Source of the DNA: Candidatus Thorarchaeota archaeon
GTDB lineage: Archaea > Asgardarchaeota > Thorarchaeia > Thorarchaeales > Thorarchaeaceae
Assembly (NCBI GenBank): GCA_038893995.1
Contig: JAWAQK010000002.1
Location: forward strand, 45,367-109,366
Direction of reading: 5' to 3'
Length of the DNA stretch: 64,000 nucleotides
A model generated the notes under the pieces. The model had not been told where the DNA came from. It worked only from the letters and a program-made list of their open reading frames with translations, and made no database searches. Positions 25,950-34,553 of the stretch are shown piece by piece. The position numbers and the translations under genes are program-made. The stretch's first letter is position 1; each line of letters begins with the position of its first letter.

Positions 25950-28900
25950 TTGAGTGGTCAAGATTACTCTCTGCCAAAACATAGCCCAAGCTACGCAGAG
26001 TACTTCAGGACGATAAGCGACGAGATTGGAAGGATATACGAAATTGCCTCTCGTGCCAGGGCAAAGGGCATTGATCCCTCAGAGAAAGTCGAGATCCCGC
26101 CAGCACACGATCTTGCTGCCCGAGTCGAGGCCACTCTTGATGGCCCTGTAGGTATTGCAAGGAGAATCCGCGAGCTGCAAAGATCAATGAGCCGCGAAGA
26201 GGTGGCTTTCCAATTAGCACGAGAGGTTGTAGAGGGCCGATTTGGTGAAATAGGCAGCGACGAAGTGACCAATCCAGCCCTGAGAGAGGAGAAGGCCGCT
26301 GACAAGGCGGTCCGTGTTGCTCTCTCCATTCTGACTGAAAGCATAACAGCCGCGCCCCTGGAGGGAATTGCAAAGGTCAAGATCCATGGTTCGAATGAAG
26401 ACCGGTACTTGGCCCTCTACTTGGCTGGTCCAATCAGGGCCGCTGGTGGTACCGAGGCAGCGGTCACAGTACTGGTCGCAGACTACGTTCGACAGGTCCT
26501 GGGGTTGCCTCCACTAAGACCTACAGAGAAAGAGGTAGAACGTGCAGTTGAGGAAGTCGAGCTTTATGCTAGAAACGTACATCTCCAGTATCCCGTGAAT
26601 TCTGACCTGATACGGTTTGCTGCAAGGCACCTCCCCATCATGCTCACAGGCGAACCTACTGAAGAGATAGAAGTGTCCGGGACACGAGATCTAGAACGAA
26701 TTGAAACAAACAGGGTTCGGGGAGGCGCGGTACTGGTTCTGAATGATGGAGTGGTGGGTAGGGCTGCAAAGTTGGCCAAGATCGTGAATCGCCTGAACAT
26801 TCCCGGCTGGTCCTGGTTAGACGAGATTGTCGCTAGGACATCAAAGACAAAGAGCATTGAAACCGATGACGAACGTCAGAAGCTACTCGCTCCGAAACAA
26901 GACTATCTTGTCGATGTGATTGCTGGTCGCCCTGTGTTTTCACACCCATCCAAGATTGGAGGTTTTCGTGTCAGATATGGTCGATCTCGCAATACCGGTC
27001 TTGCTGCAGTGGGGCTCCATCCCGCGACCATGGTCGTTCTCAGTGAGTTTCTCGCATCCGGGACGCATATCCGAACAGAGAGACCCGGTAAGGGTTCCAT
27101 TGTGGCGCCGGTCGACACAATCGAGGGCCCAATCGTCCTACTGGTTGATGGTTCCGTCAGGCAGCTGAATGATGTGAATGAAGCACGCGCCTGCATGGGA
27201 TCTATCAAGAAAGTGCTTTACCTTGGCGATATACTGATCGCACTGGGAGAGTTTCTCGAGAACAATCATCCCCTTGTACCTTCTGCATACTGCGAGGAAT
27301 GGTGGTCTCACGACCTAGAGCAGAAGACACAGGCCCTGTCTCGAAATCAGCTCGCGAGCTTGCTTCGAGATTCTGGAGTTTCTCCAGAAGAGTATGAGTC
27401 TTTCGTGCATAATCCACTGACCCACTACCCGACTCCGCAACAGGCAGTCCTGATGTCCAAACTACTTGATATTCCATTGCACCCGAGGTATGTATATCGT
27501 TGGAATGCGTTGAGCCCGGTAGAGTTTGATGAATTCAGAACCTGGCTTCTGACATCGTACGGGGAAATAGTGGAAGACGGTCGCAGACTGATAAAAGCGC
27601 CTGACAATTCACGATTCAAGGCCATGTTGGAGCGTATTGGTGCGCCTCACAGGTACCTGCAGGGCTCAAGAGAAATTGTACTCCTTGATGATCCGCTCAC
27701 TATACTAGAACAGCTCGGCAACAGAGAGCATGAACCACAGGGCTCAACCACGCTCGACGCAGTCAACTCGGTTTCGAACGTCAGAGTCGGTGACAGACTC
27801 GGGTTTCACATAGGTGCGAGAATGGGCCGGCCTGAGAAGGCAGAAGCAAGAAGAATGAAACCCCCCGTTCAAGTGCTCTTCCCAGTAGGCCGAGATTCCT
27901 CAACCGAGAGAAACTTGGAGAGGGTGGCACGAAATCAGGAGTCCTTACCCCCACTGGACACCTATATGAGTCCCATGGAAACCGGGTATGGAATACCCAG
28001 AAACGTCGAAACTGATTCCGGTAGAGGTGTACTGGTAGAGCTGGTTGTGAGAGTGTGTCCTAACTGCGGAAACGAGACTTTCGAGCCCATGTGTCCCGTG
28101 TGTCGAGTACGTACGCAGGTGAAGCGATGGTGTTCGCAGGAGGGATGCGGTCTCTATGTTGACGAGACTAGGGGTCTCTGTCCACGCAGCCACAATGTGA
28201 ATCTTATCAGATCAACGAAGGTCCGCAGGGTCGATATCGATGCATATCTCGAGCGCGTCAAACAGGAGATTTCGGAGAGTGACGCGTTCGATGTCAGAGG
28301 GGTACTTGGCCTAACCAGTGAACTCAAGATTCCCGAGTATCTCGGCAAGGGCATTTTGCGCGCAAAACATGGCGTGTATTGCTATCGAGATGGTACTGCA
28401 AGATTCGATGCGACTGATGCACCTTTGACTCATTTCACACCTAAAGAGGTGGGGGCGTCAGTCGGTCGCCTGCGCAGCCTCGGATACTCAGTTGACTATC
28501 AAGGGAACCCGTTGGTGTCCGACGACCAGATACTCGAGTTGAAGGTTCAGGATATTGTCGTGTCAGAGGCATGCGTTGAGTATCTATTCCGCGTTGGTCA
28601 GTTTGTTGATGATTGTTTGGAAAAAATCTACGGGCTGGATCGATACTACCGTTTTGCCAGTCTTGAGGACCTGATTGGGCATCTGGTCATCGGTCTTGCA
28701 CCGCACACATCCGCGGGGATTGTCGGACGCATCATTGGCTTCACTGATGCAAGTGTCTGCTACGCCCACCCATACTGGCATGCTGCAAAACGCCGCAACT
28801 GTGATGGTGATGAGGACTCAGTGATGCTCGTTATGGATGCTCTTCTCAACTTCTCCAAGTCCTTCCTACCCGCCGGAAGGGGTGGCTTCATGGATGCTCC

Positions 28901-29540
28901 TCTGGTCCTCTCGGTGATACTGAACCCACAGGAGGTCGATGATGAAAGTCATAACATGGATGTCTGCTTCCGATACCCATCTCGATTCTACGATGCAACT
29001 CGTCAGATGGTCAGCCCAAAGACCTTTGAACGTGTAGTGGACACTGTCAAGGCTCGTCTGGGGACAGAGGCTCAGTATGAGGGTTTCGGATTCACGCACG
29101 GGACGTCTTCAATTCATATGGGTCCTAGAGTGTCCCGGTACAAATTGTTGAACACCATGGCGGACAAGTTGAAGGCTCAGCTCGCCCTGGCCAAAACCAT
29201 AGCAGCTGTTGATCCTCGCGATGTCGCTGAGAGGGTCTTGTCCCATCACTTCATTCGTGACATTCGTGGCAATCTCAGGGCCTTTACCACACAGAGGTTT
29301 CACTGTTTCAGATGTCGAAGGATTTTTCGTAGAGTCCCGTTGTCCGGTCGCTGCACATGCGGTGCCCCCCTTTCACTGACAGTGCGGAAGAAAAACATCT
29401 CCAAGTATCTTGAGATTGCAGAAACCACGATTGCAGAGCATGGTCTGGGCCCCTACCTATTAGATCGTCTGCGTTTGATGAAGTCATCACTGGACTCGAT
29501 GTTTCTCTCTGAGCAGACCAGTCTGACAGATTTCTACTGA
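25950..29540 (+). CDS. polC: DNA polymerase D large subunit DP2
   Basis: AGPIRAAGGT, YGRSRNTG, RMGRPEKA, LAPHTSAG, HAAKRRNCDGDED; C-terminal PIP box QTSLTDFY; no intein. Confidence 0.98.
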   Translation: MSGQDYSLPKHSPSYAEYFRTISDEIGRIYEIASRARAKGIDPSEKVEIPPAHDLAARVEATLDGPVGIARRIRELQRSMSREEVAFQLAREVVEGRFGEIGSDEVTNPALREEKAADKAVRVALSILTESITAAPLEGIAKVKIHGSNEDRYLALYLAGPIRAAGGTEAAVTVLVADYVRQVLGLPPLRPTEKEVERAVEEVELYARNVHLQYPVNSDLIRFAARHLPIMLTGEPTEEIEVSGTRDLERIETNRVRGGAVLVLNDGVVGRAAKLAKIVNRLNIPGWSWLDEIVARTSKTKSIETDDERQKLLAPKQDYLVDVIAGRPVFSHPSKIGGFRVRYGRSRNTGLAAVGLHPATMVVLSEFLASGTHIRTERPGKGSIVAPVDTIEGPIVLLVDGSVRQLNDVNEARACMGSIKKVLYLGDILIALGEFLENNHPLVPSAYCEEWWSHDLEQKTQALSRNQLASLLRDSGVSPEEYESFVHNPLTHYPTPQQAVLMSKLLDIPLHPRYVYRWNALSPVEFDEFRTWLLTSYGEIVEDGRRLIKAPDNSRFKAMLERIGAPHRYLQGSREIVLLDDPLTILEQLGNREHEPQGSTTLDAVNSVSNVRVGDRLGFHIGARMGRPEKAEARRMKPPVQVLFPVGRDSSTERNLERVARNQESLPPLDTYMSPMETGYGIPRNVETDSGRGVLVELVVRVCPNCGNETFEPMCPVCRVRTQVKRWCSQEGCGLYVDETRGLCPRSHNVNLIRSTKVRRVDIDAYLERVKQEISESDAFDVRGVLGLTSELKIPEYLGKGILRAKHGVYCYRDGTARFDATDAPLTHFTPKEVGASVGRLRSLGYSVDYQGNPLVSDDQILELKVQDIVVSEACVEYLFRVGQFVDDCLEKIYGLDRYYRFASLEDLIGHLVIGLAPHTSAGIVGRIIGFTDASVCYAHPYWHAAKRRNCDGDEDSVMLVMDALLNFSKSFLPAGRGGFMDAPLVLSVILNPQEVDDESHNMDVCFRYPSRFYDATRQMVSPKTFERVVDTVKARLGTEAQYEGFGFTHGTSSIHMGPRVSRYKLLNTMADKLKAQLALAKTIAAVDPRDVAERVLSHHFIRDIRGNLRAFTTQRFHCFRCRRIFRRVPLSGRCTCGAPLSLTVRKKNISKYLEIAETTIAEHGLGPYLLDRLRLMKSSLDSMFLSEQTSLTDFY

Positions 29541-30397
29541 GGTTTGTCCTCCCTGAAGAGTATTGGGAGTAGGTCCATGTCCTCAATCATTCCGATCAGA
29601 CTTCCGGCATATGAGAGAACAGGGGCCTGATCAATGTCACTCTTACGTAGCGTCCTGACACACTCTGAAACGGATGTGACTTCCGTCACAGTGATGACAT
29701 TTCTTGTCACAATCCTCTCAACCGGTACGTCGGGTAGTTTCAGCAGCTTGCTTGTGACTACAAGGAAGTCCTTCGAAGTCCATCCCCACTCGACTGAGGA
29801 CTCTGTTTCGCTGTGGGTTACCATCACCTTGTCCTCGGTGGATTCCTCTGACATTTTGATGAAGTCGCTCACCGAGATTACCCCGGTGACACCCCCTCTC
29901 GAGTTGAGCACGACTAGGGCATTCTCGCCCGCCATCTCCATTATCATATAGGCCAGGGGCAGCGGGGTCTGATCCCAGACCGCTGACACCTTCCTTCTCA
30001 CGAATCCACTTATGTTCTCTTCTTCGAGGCCTTTCGAATCCTTCAATGCGGCATCAAGTACATCGAGTACTGAAACTAGTCCTACCAGGTCATGCTGGGC
30101 ATCTACTACTGGCACCACGCGATTTCCGGTTTCAACCATCTTCTTGGCAACAGTTGCTAATTCGTCGTCCTCCGTGACCGTTGTCGGGTTCCTGTTCATC
30201 AGCATCGCAAGCTGGTCCTCATCCGCCTTTCTCAGCAGGTCGAACCTTGTGACCATACCCACCAAGTTTCTCGTCCCTTTCTTGACTACTGGAATGCTGT
30301 CTAATTGTTTCTCCGCCATCAGGTGCAATACATCCTCTCTCGAACCTGGTACGGAAACGTAGACCATGTCTGTCCGCATGCACTTGGATACCCTCAT
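29534..30397 (-). CDS. Four-CBS-domain protein
   Basis: Repeated IPVV/LVGMVT..D units; ATG 30397 after GGAG. Confidence 0.85.
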   Translation of the reverse strand: MRVSKCMRTDMVYVSVPGSREDVLHLMAEKQLDSIPVVKKGTRNLVGMVTRFDLLRKADEDQLAMLMNRNPTTVTEDDELATVAKKMVETGNRVVPVVDAQHDLVGLVSVLDVLDAALKDSKGLEEENISGFVRRKVSAVWDQTPLPLAYMIMEMAGENALVVLNSRGGVTGVISVSDFIKMSEESTEDKVMVTHSETESSVEWGWTSKDFLVVTSKLLKLPDVPVERIVTRNVITVTEVTSVSECVRTLRKSDIDQAPVLSYAGSLIGMIEDMDLLPILFREDKPQ

Positions 30398-30665
30398 AGT
30401 CGAACACTCCGGTACTCGAGATGACCACTCATCACTGCTTCCGCCAAAGATGATATTGGCTCTCTCAGAACGTTGAACAAGCTGGAATTTCAAGCGTACC
30501 TTTTTAAGATATCTTCAGCTGGGAAGAGGTCAAGCTATCAGTTCATCAAGCTCGATTTCTAGCTCACAGCAGTGTTGAGCTTCGTCATGGAATCAGGGCT
30601 CTGGCCACAAGCGATATAACGACCCCCTCATATGCAACACCCAGAATCAGCTCAGAGGGACAGAC

Positions 30666-31988
30666 TTGAAGAGCACCAGAGAGGTCTACGATCACATCTT
30701 CAGCCTTATCGAGCAGCACGAAAAGTGGATGACGAAGACAATCAACTTGATCGCGTCTGAGAATGTTTCATCGCCAGCCGTAAGGTCTGCAATAGTATGT
30801 GATTTTCGTGACAGGTATGCTGAGGGCTGGCCTGGAGAGAGAGTCTACGCGGGCTGTGTCTACATTGACCAAGTGGAAACAATGTGTATCGACCTTGCAA
30901 AGGAACTCTTCAGGGCAGAATTTGCGGATGTAAGACCGGTGTCCGGCGTGGTAGCCAATCTTGTGATGTACACTGCAATGATGCAGCCGCTGGACAGGAT
31001 GATGGCACTGTCGATCGCTGATGGTGGACACATATCTCATGCAAGAGCGAACCTGGGCGGGACTGCTGGAGCAGTCAGAGGACACAAGGTACGGAACTGG
31101 ATCTTTGACGAGTCTGAGTTCAACATAGATGTCGATGCTAGTATCAAGGAGATTCGGAGGCTTGAGGCCGAGGGAGATCACATAAGCTTCCTCCTGTTTG
31201 GTGGAAGTGTGTTCCCATTTCCTCACCCGGTCAAGGAGTTCAGGGACGTCGCGGATGAGTTCAGTATGACCATAGGCTATGATTCCGCGCACGTTTCAGG
31301 TCTTATTGCAGCCGGCCGGTTTCAAGATCCATTAAGGGAGGGCGCCGACATCATGACTGCCTCGACCCATAAGACATTGCCTGGTCCCCAGCACGGCATT
31401 GTCTTGTCCAAGGCCAAGTATGCCGACGCAATCAAGACCGCTTCGTTTCCAGGGTTGTTGAGCAACCACCACCTCCATAACGTGGCGGGGTTGGCAATTG
31501 CGCTCACAGAGATGCTGGAGTTTGGAAAGGCCTATGCGGATCAAATCATAAGGAATGCAAAGGCTCTTGCTCAGTCGTTGCATAACAGAGGCTGGAATGT
31601 GGTTGCTGAGCACAAGGGCTTCACTCAGTCACATGTGGTCCTATGTGATGTTTCCGAGACTCCACTGAAGAACGGTCGTGCTGTTGAAGAACGGCTGGAA
31701 CGAGCTGGCATCATCATCAATCGTAATCTGCTACCGTGGGACAAACGAATGGGCCGTGACTACAAGACTCCCGGCGGAATTCGACTTGGGACCAGCGAAG
31801 TCACACGGCTTGGGATGAAGGAATCAGAGATGGACGAAATTGCCGATTTCATTCACAGGGTCGTCATGAAGGACGAGGATGTCTTGAAGATAAGCGATGA
31901 GGTCAGGGAGTTTCGTAGTGAGTATCAGCGTGTCCACTATGCATTCGAGAATGAAACGCCTGCATACGCACATCTCAGATTCAGGTAG
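30666..31988 (+). CDS. glyA: Serine hydroxymethyltransferase (archaeal type)
   Basis: LIASEN, YAEG, GGHISH, DSAH, STHKTLPGPQHG, GIRLGT. Confidence 0.97.
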   Translation: MKSTREVYDHIFSLIEQHEKWMTKTINLIASENVSSPAVRSAIVCDFRDRYAEGWPGERVYAGCVYIDQVETMCIDLAKELFRAEFADVRPVSGVVANLVMYTAMMQPLDRMMALSIADGGHISHARANLGGTAGAVRGHKVRNWIFDESEFNIDVDASIKEIRRLEAEGDHISFLLFGGSVFPFPHPVKEFRDVADEFSMTIGYDSAHVSGLIAAGRFQDPLREGADIMTASTHKTLPGPQHGIVLSKAKYADAIKTASFPGLLSNHHLHNVAGLAIALTEMLEFGKAYADQIIRNAKALAQSLHNRGWNVVAEHKGFTQSHVVLCDVSETPLKNGRAVEERLERAGIIINRNLLPWDKRMGRDYKTPGGIRLGTSEVTRLGMKESEMDEIADFIHRVVMKDEDVLKISDEVREFRSEYQRVHYAFENETPAYAHLRFR

Positions 31989-32008
31989 TTACAGGGAGGT
32001 GGACACTC

Positions 32009-32293
32009 GTGGACATCTGTGAGGCCCAGTCTCATATGAAACAGATCTACGGCTTACGCGATCGAGATGCCGGAGTAAATGTGGCTCTGCTTCGTACCTA
32101 CCAGGAACTGGCAGAGCTTAGCGAGGCGGTGATGTCAAATCTATCAACCAGAGAGTTGGCTGGAGAGCTGGCCGACCTACTTGCGTGGGTATGCTCTCTG
32201 GCCAACCTCCTTGATATCGATCTGAATGGTGCATTCTTGGCAAAGTATGGTCGAGGTTGTTCGAGGTGCCATTCCTCGCCATGTATCTGCTAG
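32009..32293 (+). CDS. MazG-like nucleotide pyrophosphohydrolase
   Basis: QELAELSEA, ELADLLAW..SLAN, C-terminal C..C...PCIC. Confidence 0.8.
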   Translation: MDICEAQSHMKQIYGLRDRDAGVNVALLRTYQELAELSEAVMSNLSTRELAGELADLLAWVCSLANLLDIDLNGAFLAKYGRGCSRCHSSPCIC

Positions 32294-32481
32294 CTTCGAG
32301 TCTGTTCACTGTTCAGATGTGTCAGGTACCTGGTAGACGACTCCTGATGTAAAGAACAGGTCGGGAATGTGATCTTGCACTGACCTCAGTATCCCCTCCC
32401 CTGCCCTGTTCGATCGTAGACACCCCCAGTCAAAAGAGATAAAAATGGTTCAGTTGAGCTCGTTGCTGGAGGCTCCAGACG

Positions 32482-32664
32482 GTGCCCAAGACAACAAAGA
32501 AGCGCAGTGGGAAGAAGGGATCCGGACCGATGCCATCCGGTGGGGCGGGTCTCATAAGATTCTTCGAAGACGAAACCCCTGGTGTCAAGGTCGGTCCCGT
32601 CGTGGTGGTCGTACTAGCCGCCATGCTCATTGTTGCTACGGTACTTGCGCATGTGCTGACTTGA
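32482..32664 (+). CDS. sec61b: Preprotein translocase subunit Sec61beta
   Basis: GAGLIRFFEDE..GVKVGP followed by one TM helix. Confidence 0.92.
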   Translation: MPKTTKKRSGKKGSGPMPSGGAGLIRFFEDETPGVKVGPVVVVVLAAMLIVATVLAHVLT

Positions 32665-32733
32665 ACGAACGTATCCGAGCCTAAGAATTATAAGGCCTTC
32701 CCAGTGCACCCCACCAGGGTCGGTGAAGCAGCA

Positions 32734-33012
32734 ATGAAAGTGAGTTCATCCGTGAATCGGTACTGTCCCAGATGCAGGGGATACAGAGAACACTCAACAT
32801 CGATCTACAAGAAGGGAAAGGACCGATCCTTGTCCGCTGGCGCCCGAAGAATGAGGCGACGTACCAAGGGTTACGGATCGTTTCCAAAACCAATTCAAAA
32901 ACGTTTTTCGAAGACCACCAAGAAAGTTTCATTGAAGTATAAGTGCAAGGAATGTGGTTATCAAAGTCAGAAGAAAGGCATGCGTCTCAAGAAGGTCGAG
33001 ATTGAGCGATAG
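32734..33012 (+). CDS. rpl44e: 50S ribosomal protein L44e
   Basis: YCPRC, GARR..R..KGYG, KTTKKV, CKEC; ATG at 32734. Confidence 0.95.
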   Translation: MKVSSSVNRYCPRCRGYREHSTSIYKKGKDRSLSAGARRMRRRTKGYGSFPKPIQKRFSKTTKKVSLKYKCKECGYQSQKKGMRLKKVEIER

Positions 33013-33139
33013 ACCCTTCACTGTTTTCTACTACTCATGTCGATAGAGTTATAATCACCAGAAGAAGTGTGGTCCTAGCTGCCCCAGAAGCAGCCTCCAT
33101 TCCCGGAGTCATGTGGATTGAAACCAGAGGTGATCAGAT

Positions 33140-33340
33140 CTGAGTAAGGGTGATATTATTCCCCAGCCCACATCACGCTTCCTGCGAGTGAAATGTCTGG
33201 ACTGTGATAACGAGCAGATCATATTCGGTTGCGCCTCTACGGAGGTCAAGTGTCTGAAGTGCGGAAAGCTTCTTGCACGACCCTCTGGAGGAAAGGCGCG
33301 TCTTGAGCCCACAGCCCGAGAATTGGAGATTCTGCAGTAG
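33140..33340 (+). CDS. rps27e: 30S ribosomal protein S27e (not in ORF track; CTG start)
   Basis: SKGDIIPQPTSRFLRVKCLDCDNEQIIF...VKCLKCGKLLARPSGGKA; conserved L44e-S27e-aIF2alpha-Nop10 order; GAGGTGA RBS. Confidence 0.95.
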   Translation: MSKGDIIPQPTSRFLRVKCLDCDNEQIIFGCASTEVKCLKCGKLLARPSGGKARLEPTARELEILQ

Positions 33341-33372
33341 ACTCCTTTCTGGCTTCACAAACTGGAGATGAA

Positions 33373-34173
33373 ATGTGTATGGTCCTCAGGAGAGCTGAAT
33401 GGCCCCAGGTCGATGACTTCGCAATTGCGGTCGCGACGAAAGTTACGTCCTACGGCGCATATGTGACTCTACCCGAGTACAACAACAAGGAGGGTTTCAT
33501 TCACATCTCTGAGATCAGCAGCACATGGGTACGCAATATTCGAAATCACATACACGAGAACCAGCGGGTCGTCGTCAAGATCTTGCAGGTCGATCCAGAG
33601 AAGGGACAGATTGACTGCTCGCTCCGAAGAGTATCGGCCGAGGCTGCCCGTGCCAAGAACAACGAGTGGAAGCGAGCCCAGAAGGCAGAAAGAATCCTCG
33701 AACAGCTTGCAAGCGACTCGAATATGACCCTTCAGGAGACCTATCGGGCGGTGGGCTGGCCCCTCGAAGATCATTTTGGAGAGATCTACACAGCGCTCGA
33801 GAAGATAGCCGTAGAAGGGGAGGCTGCACTTGTGTCGGTTGACATACCCCGCGAGCTTCGCGCGCGTCTAATAGAACTTGCCAGGTCAAGGATTGAGACT
33901 CCCTCAGTGGAGTTGGATGGCGAGCTGAATATACAGGTCCCAGGGATTGATGGCGTTGAGGTGATCAAGAAAGCGCTATTAGCTGGTCTCAGTGTTGCGA
34001 AGAATAACAGGAGCTCCACAGTTGATATCTACACGTTAGGATCTCCTCGTTACAAGTTGAGGATCACTGGTCCTGACTACAAAGAGGCAGAGTCAGTCCT
34101 GTCCGCGGTCGTTGAGGCTGTTTCTGGTATCGTTCGTGCGCAGGGTGGAGTTGTTTCGCTCACCAGGAAGTAG
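33373..34173 (+). CDS. eif2a: Translation initiation factor aIF2 alpha
   Basis: S1 domain YGAYV.L.EY..KEGFIHISEI, KGQIDCSLRRV, GSPRY. Confidence 0.96.
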   Translation: MCMVLRRAEWPQVDDFAIAVATKVTSYGAYVTLPEYNNKEGFIHISEISSTWVRNIRNHIHENQRVVVKILQVDPEKGQIDCSLRRVSAEAARAKNNEWKRAQKAERILEQLASDSNMTLQETYRAVGWPLEDHFGEIYTALEKIAVEGEAALVSVDIPRELRARLIELARSRIETPSVELDGELNIQVPGIDGVEVIKKALLAGLSVAKNNRSSTVDIYTLGSPRYKLRITGPDYKEAESVLSAVVEAVSGIVRAQGGVVSLTRK

Positions 34174-34180
34174 ATCGCAT

Positions 34181-34369
34181 ATGCCATCGCTATTCAAGTG
34201 CGCCCAGTGTGGTTCATACACACTGCGGGACACATCTTGTCCAAAATGCAATGGCAAGGTATTTGATCCAGAGCCTCCGAAGTTTAGCCTAGTTGACAAG
34301 TATGCGGAGTATAGACGAAGGGCAAGGAAGATGGGCCGAAGTGCCACAGGCATGAATCAGTCAACATGA
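34181..34369 (+). CDS. nop10: H/ACA RNP protein Nop10
   Basis: CAQCGSYTL...CPKC...PPKFS..DKYAEYRR; ATG at 34181. Confidence 0.93.
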   Translation: MPSLFKCAQCGSYTLRDTSCPKCNGKVFDPEPPKFSLVDKYAEYRRRARKMGRSATGMNQST

Positions 34370-34553
34370 TGGACCTCGTCTGCAGCGGGCGGCAGTCGAC
34401 GGTCGAATTCTGGACTGTGTGCCTTGTTTCAACAGTTTGCTTTCGCCGCCCGTGCAGTCTATTTGATGTCCACTCCTCACCTCTTGGTCTCGGCATCGAC
34501 CTGTCCTACGCATGTTCACCCTGTCACATCTAGTCTTTCGGATCTGTCCGTAC

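Noticed and set aside
25950-29540. Possible inteins in DP2 (also checked aIF5B, Lhr and TopA)
   Set aside because: Normal lengths, uninterrupted motifs, and no C...HN splice junctions or LAGLIDADG motifs seen
34410-34445. Minus-strand GCAAACTGTTGAAA resembling a c-di-GMP-I riboswitch
   Set aside because: The downstream GACGCAAAG and P2 elements are absent, and it lies 3' of genes rather than in a leader
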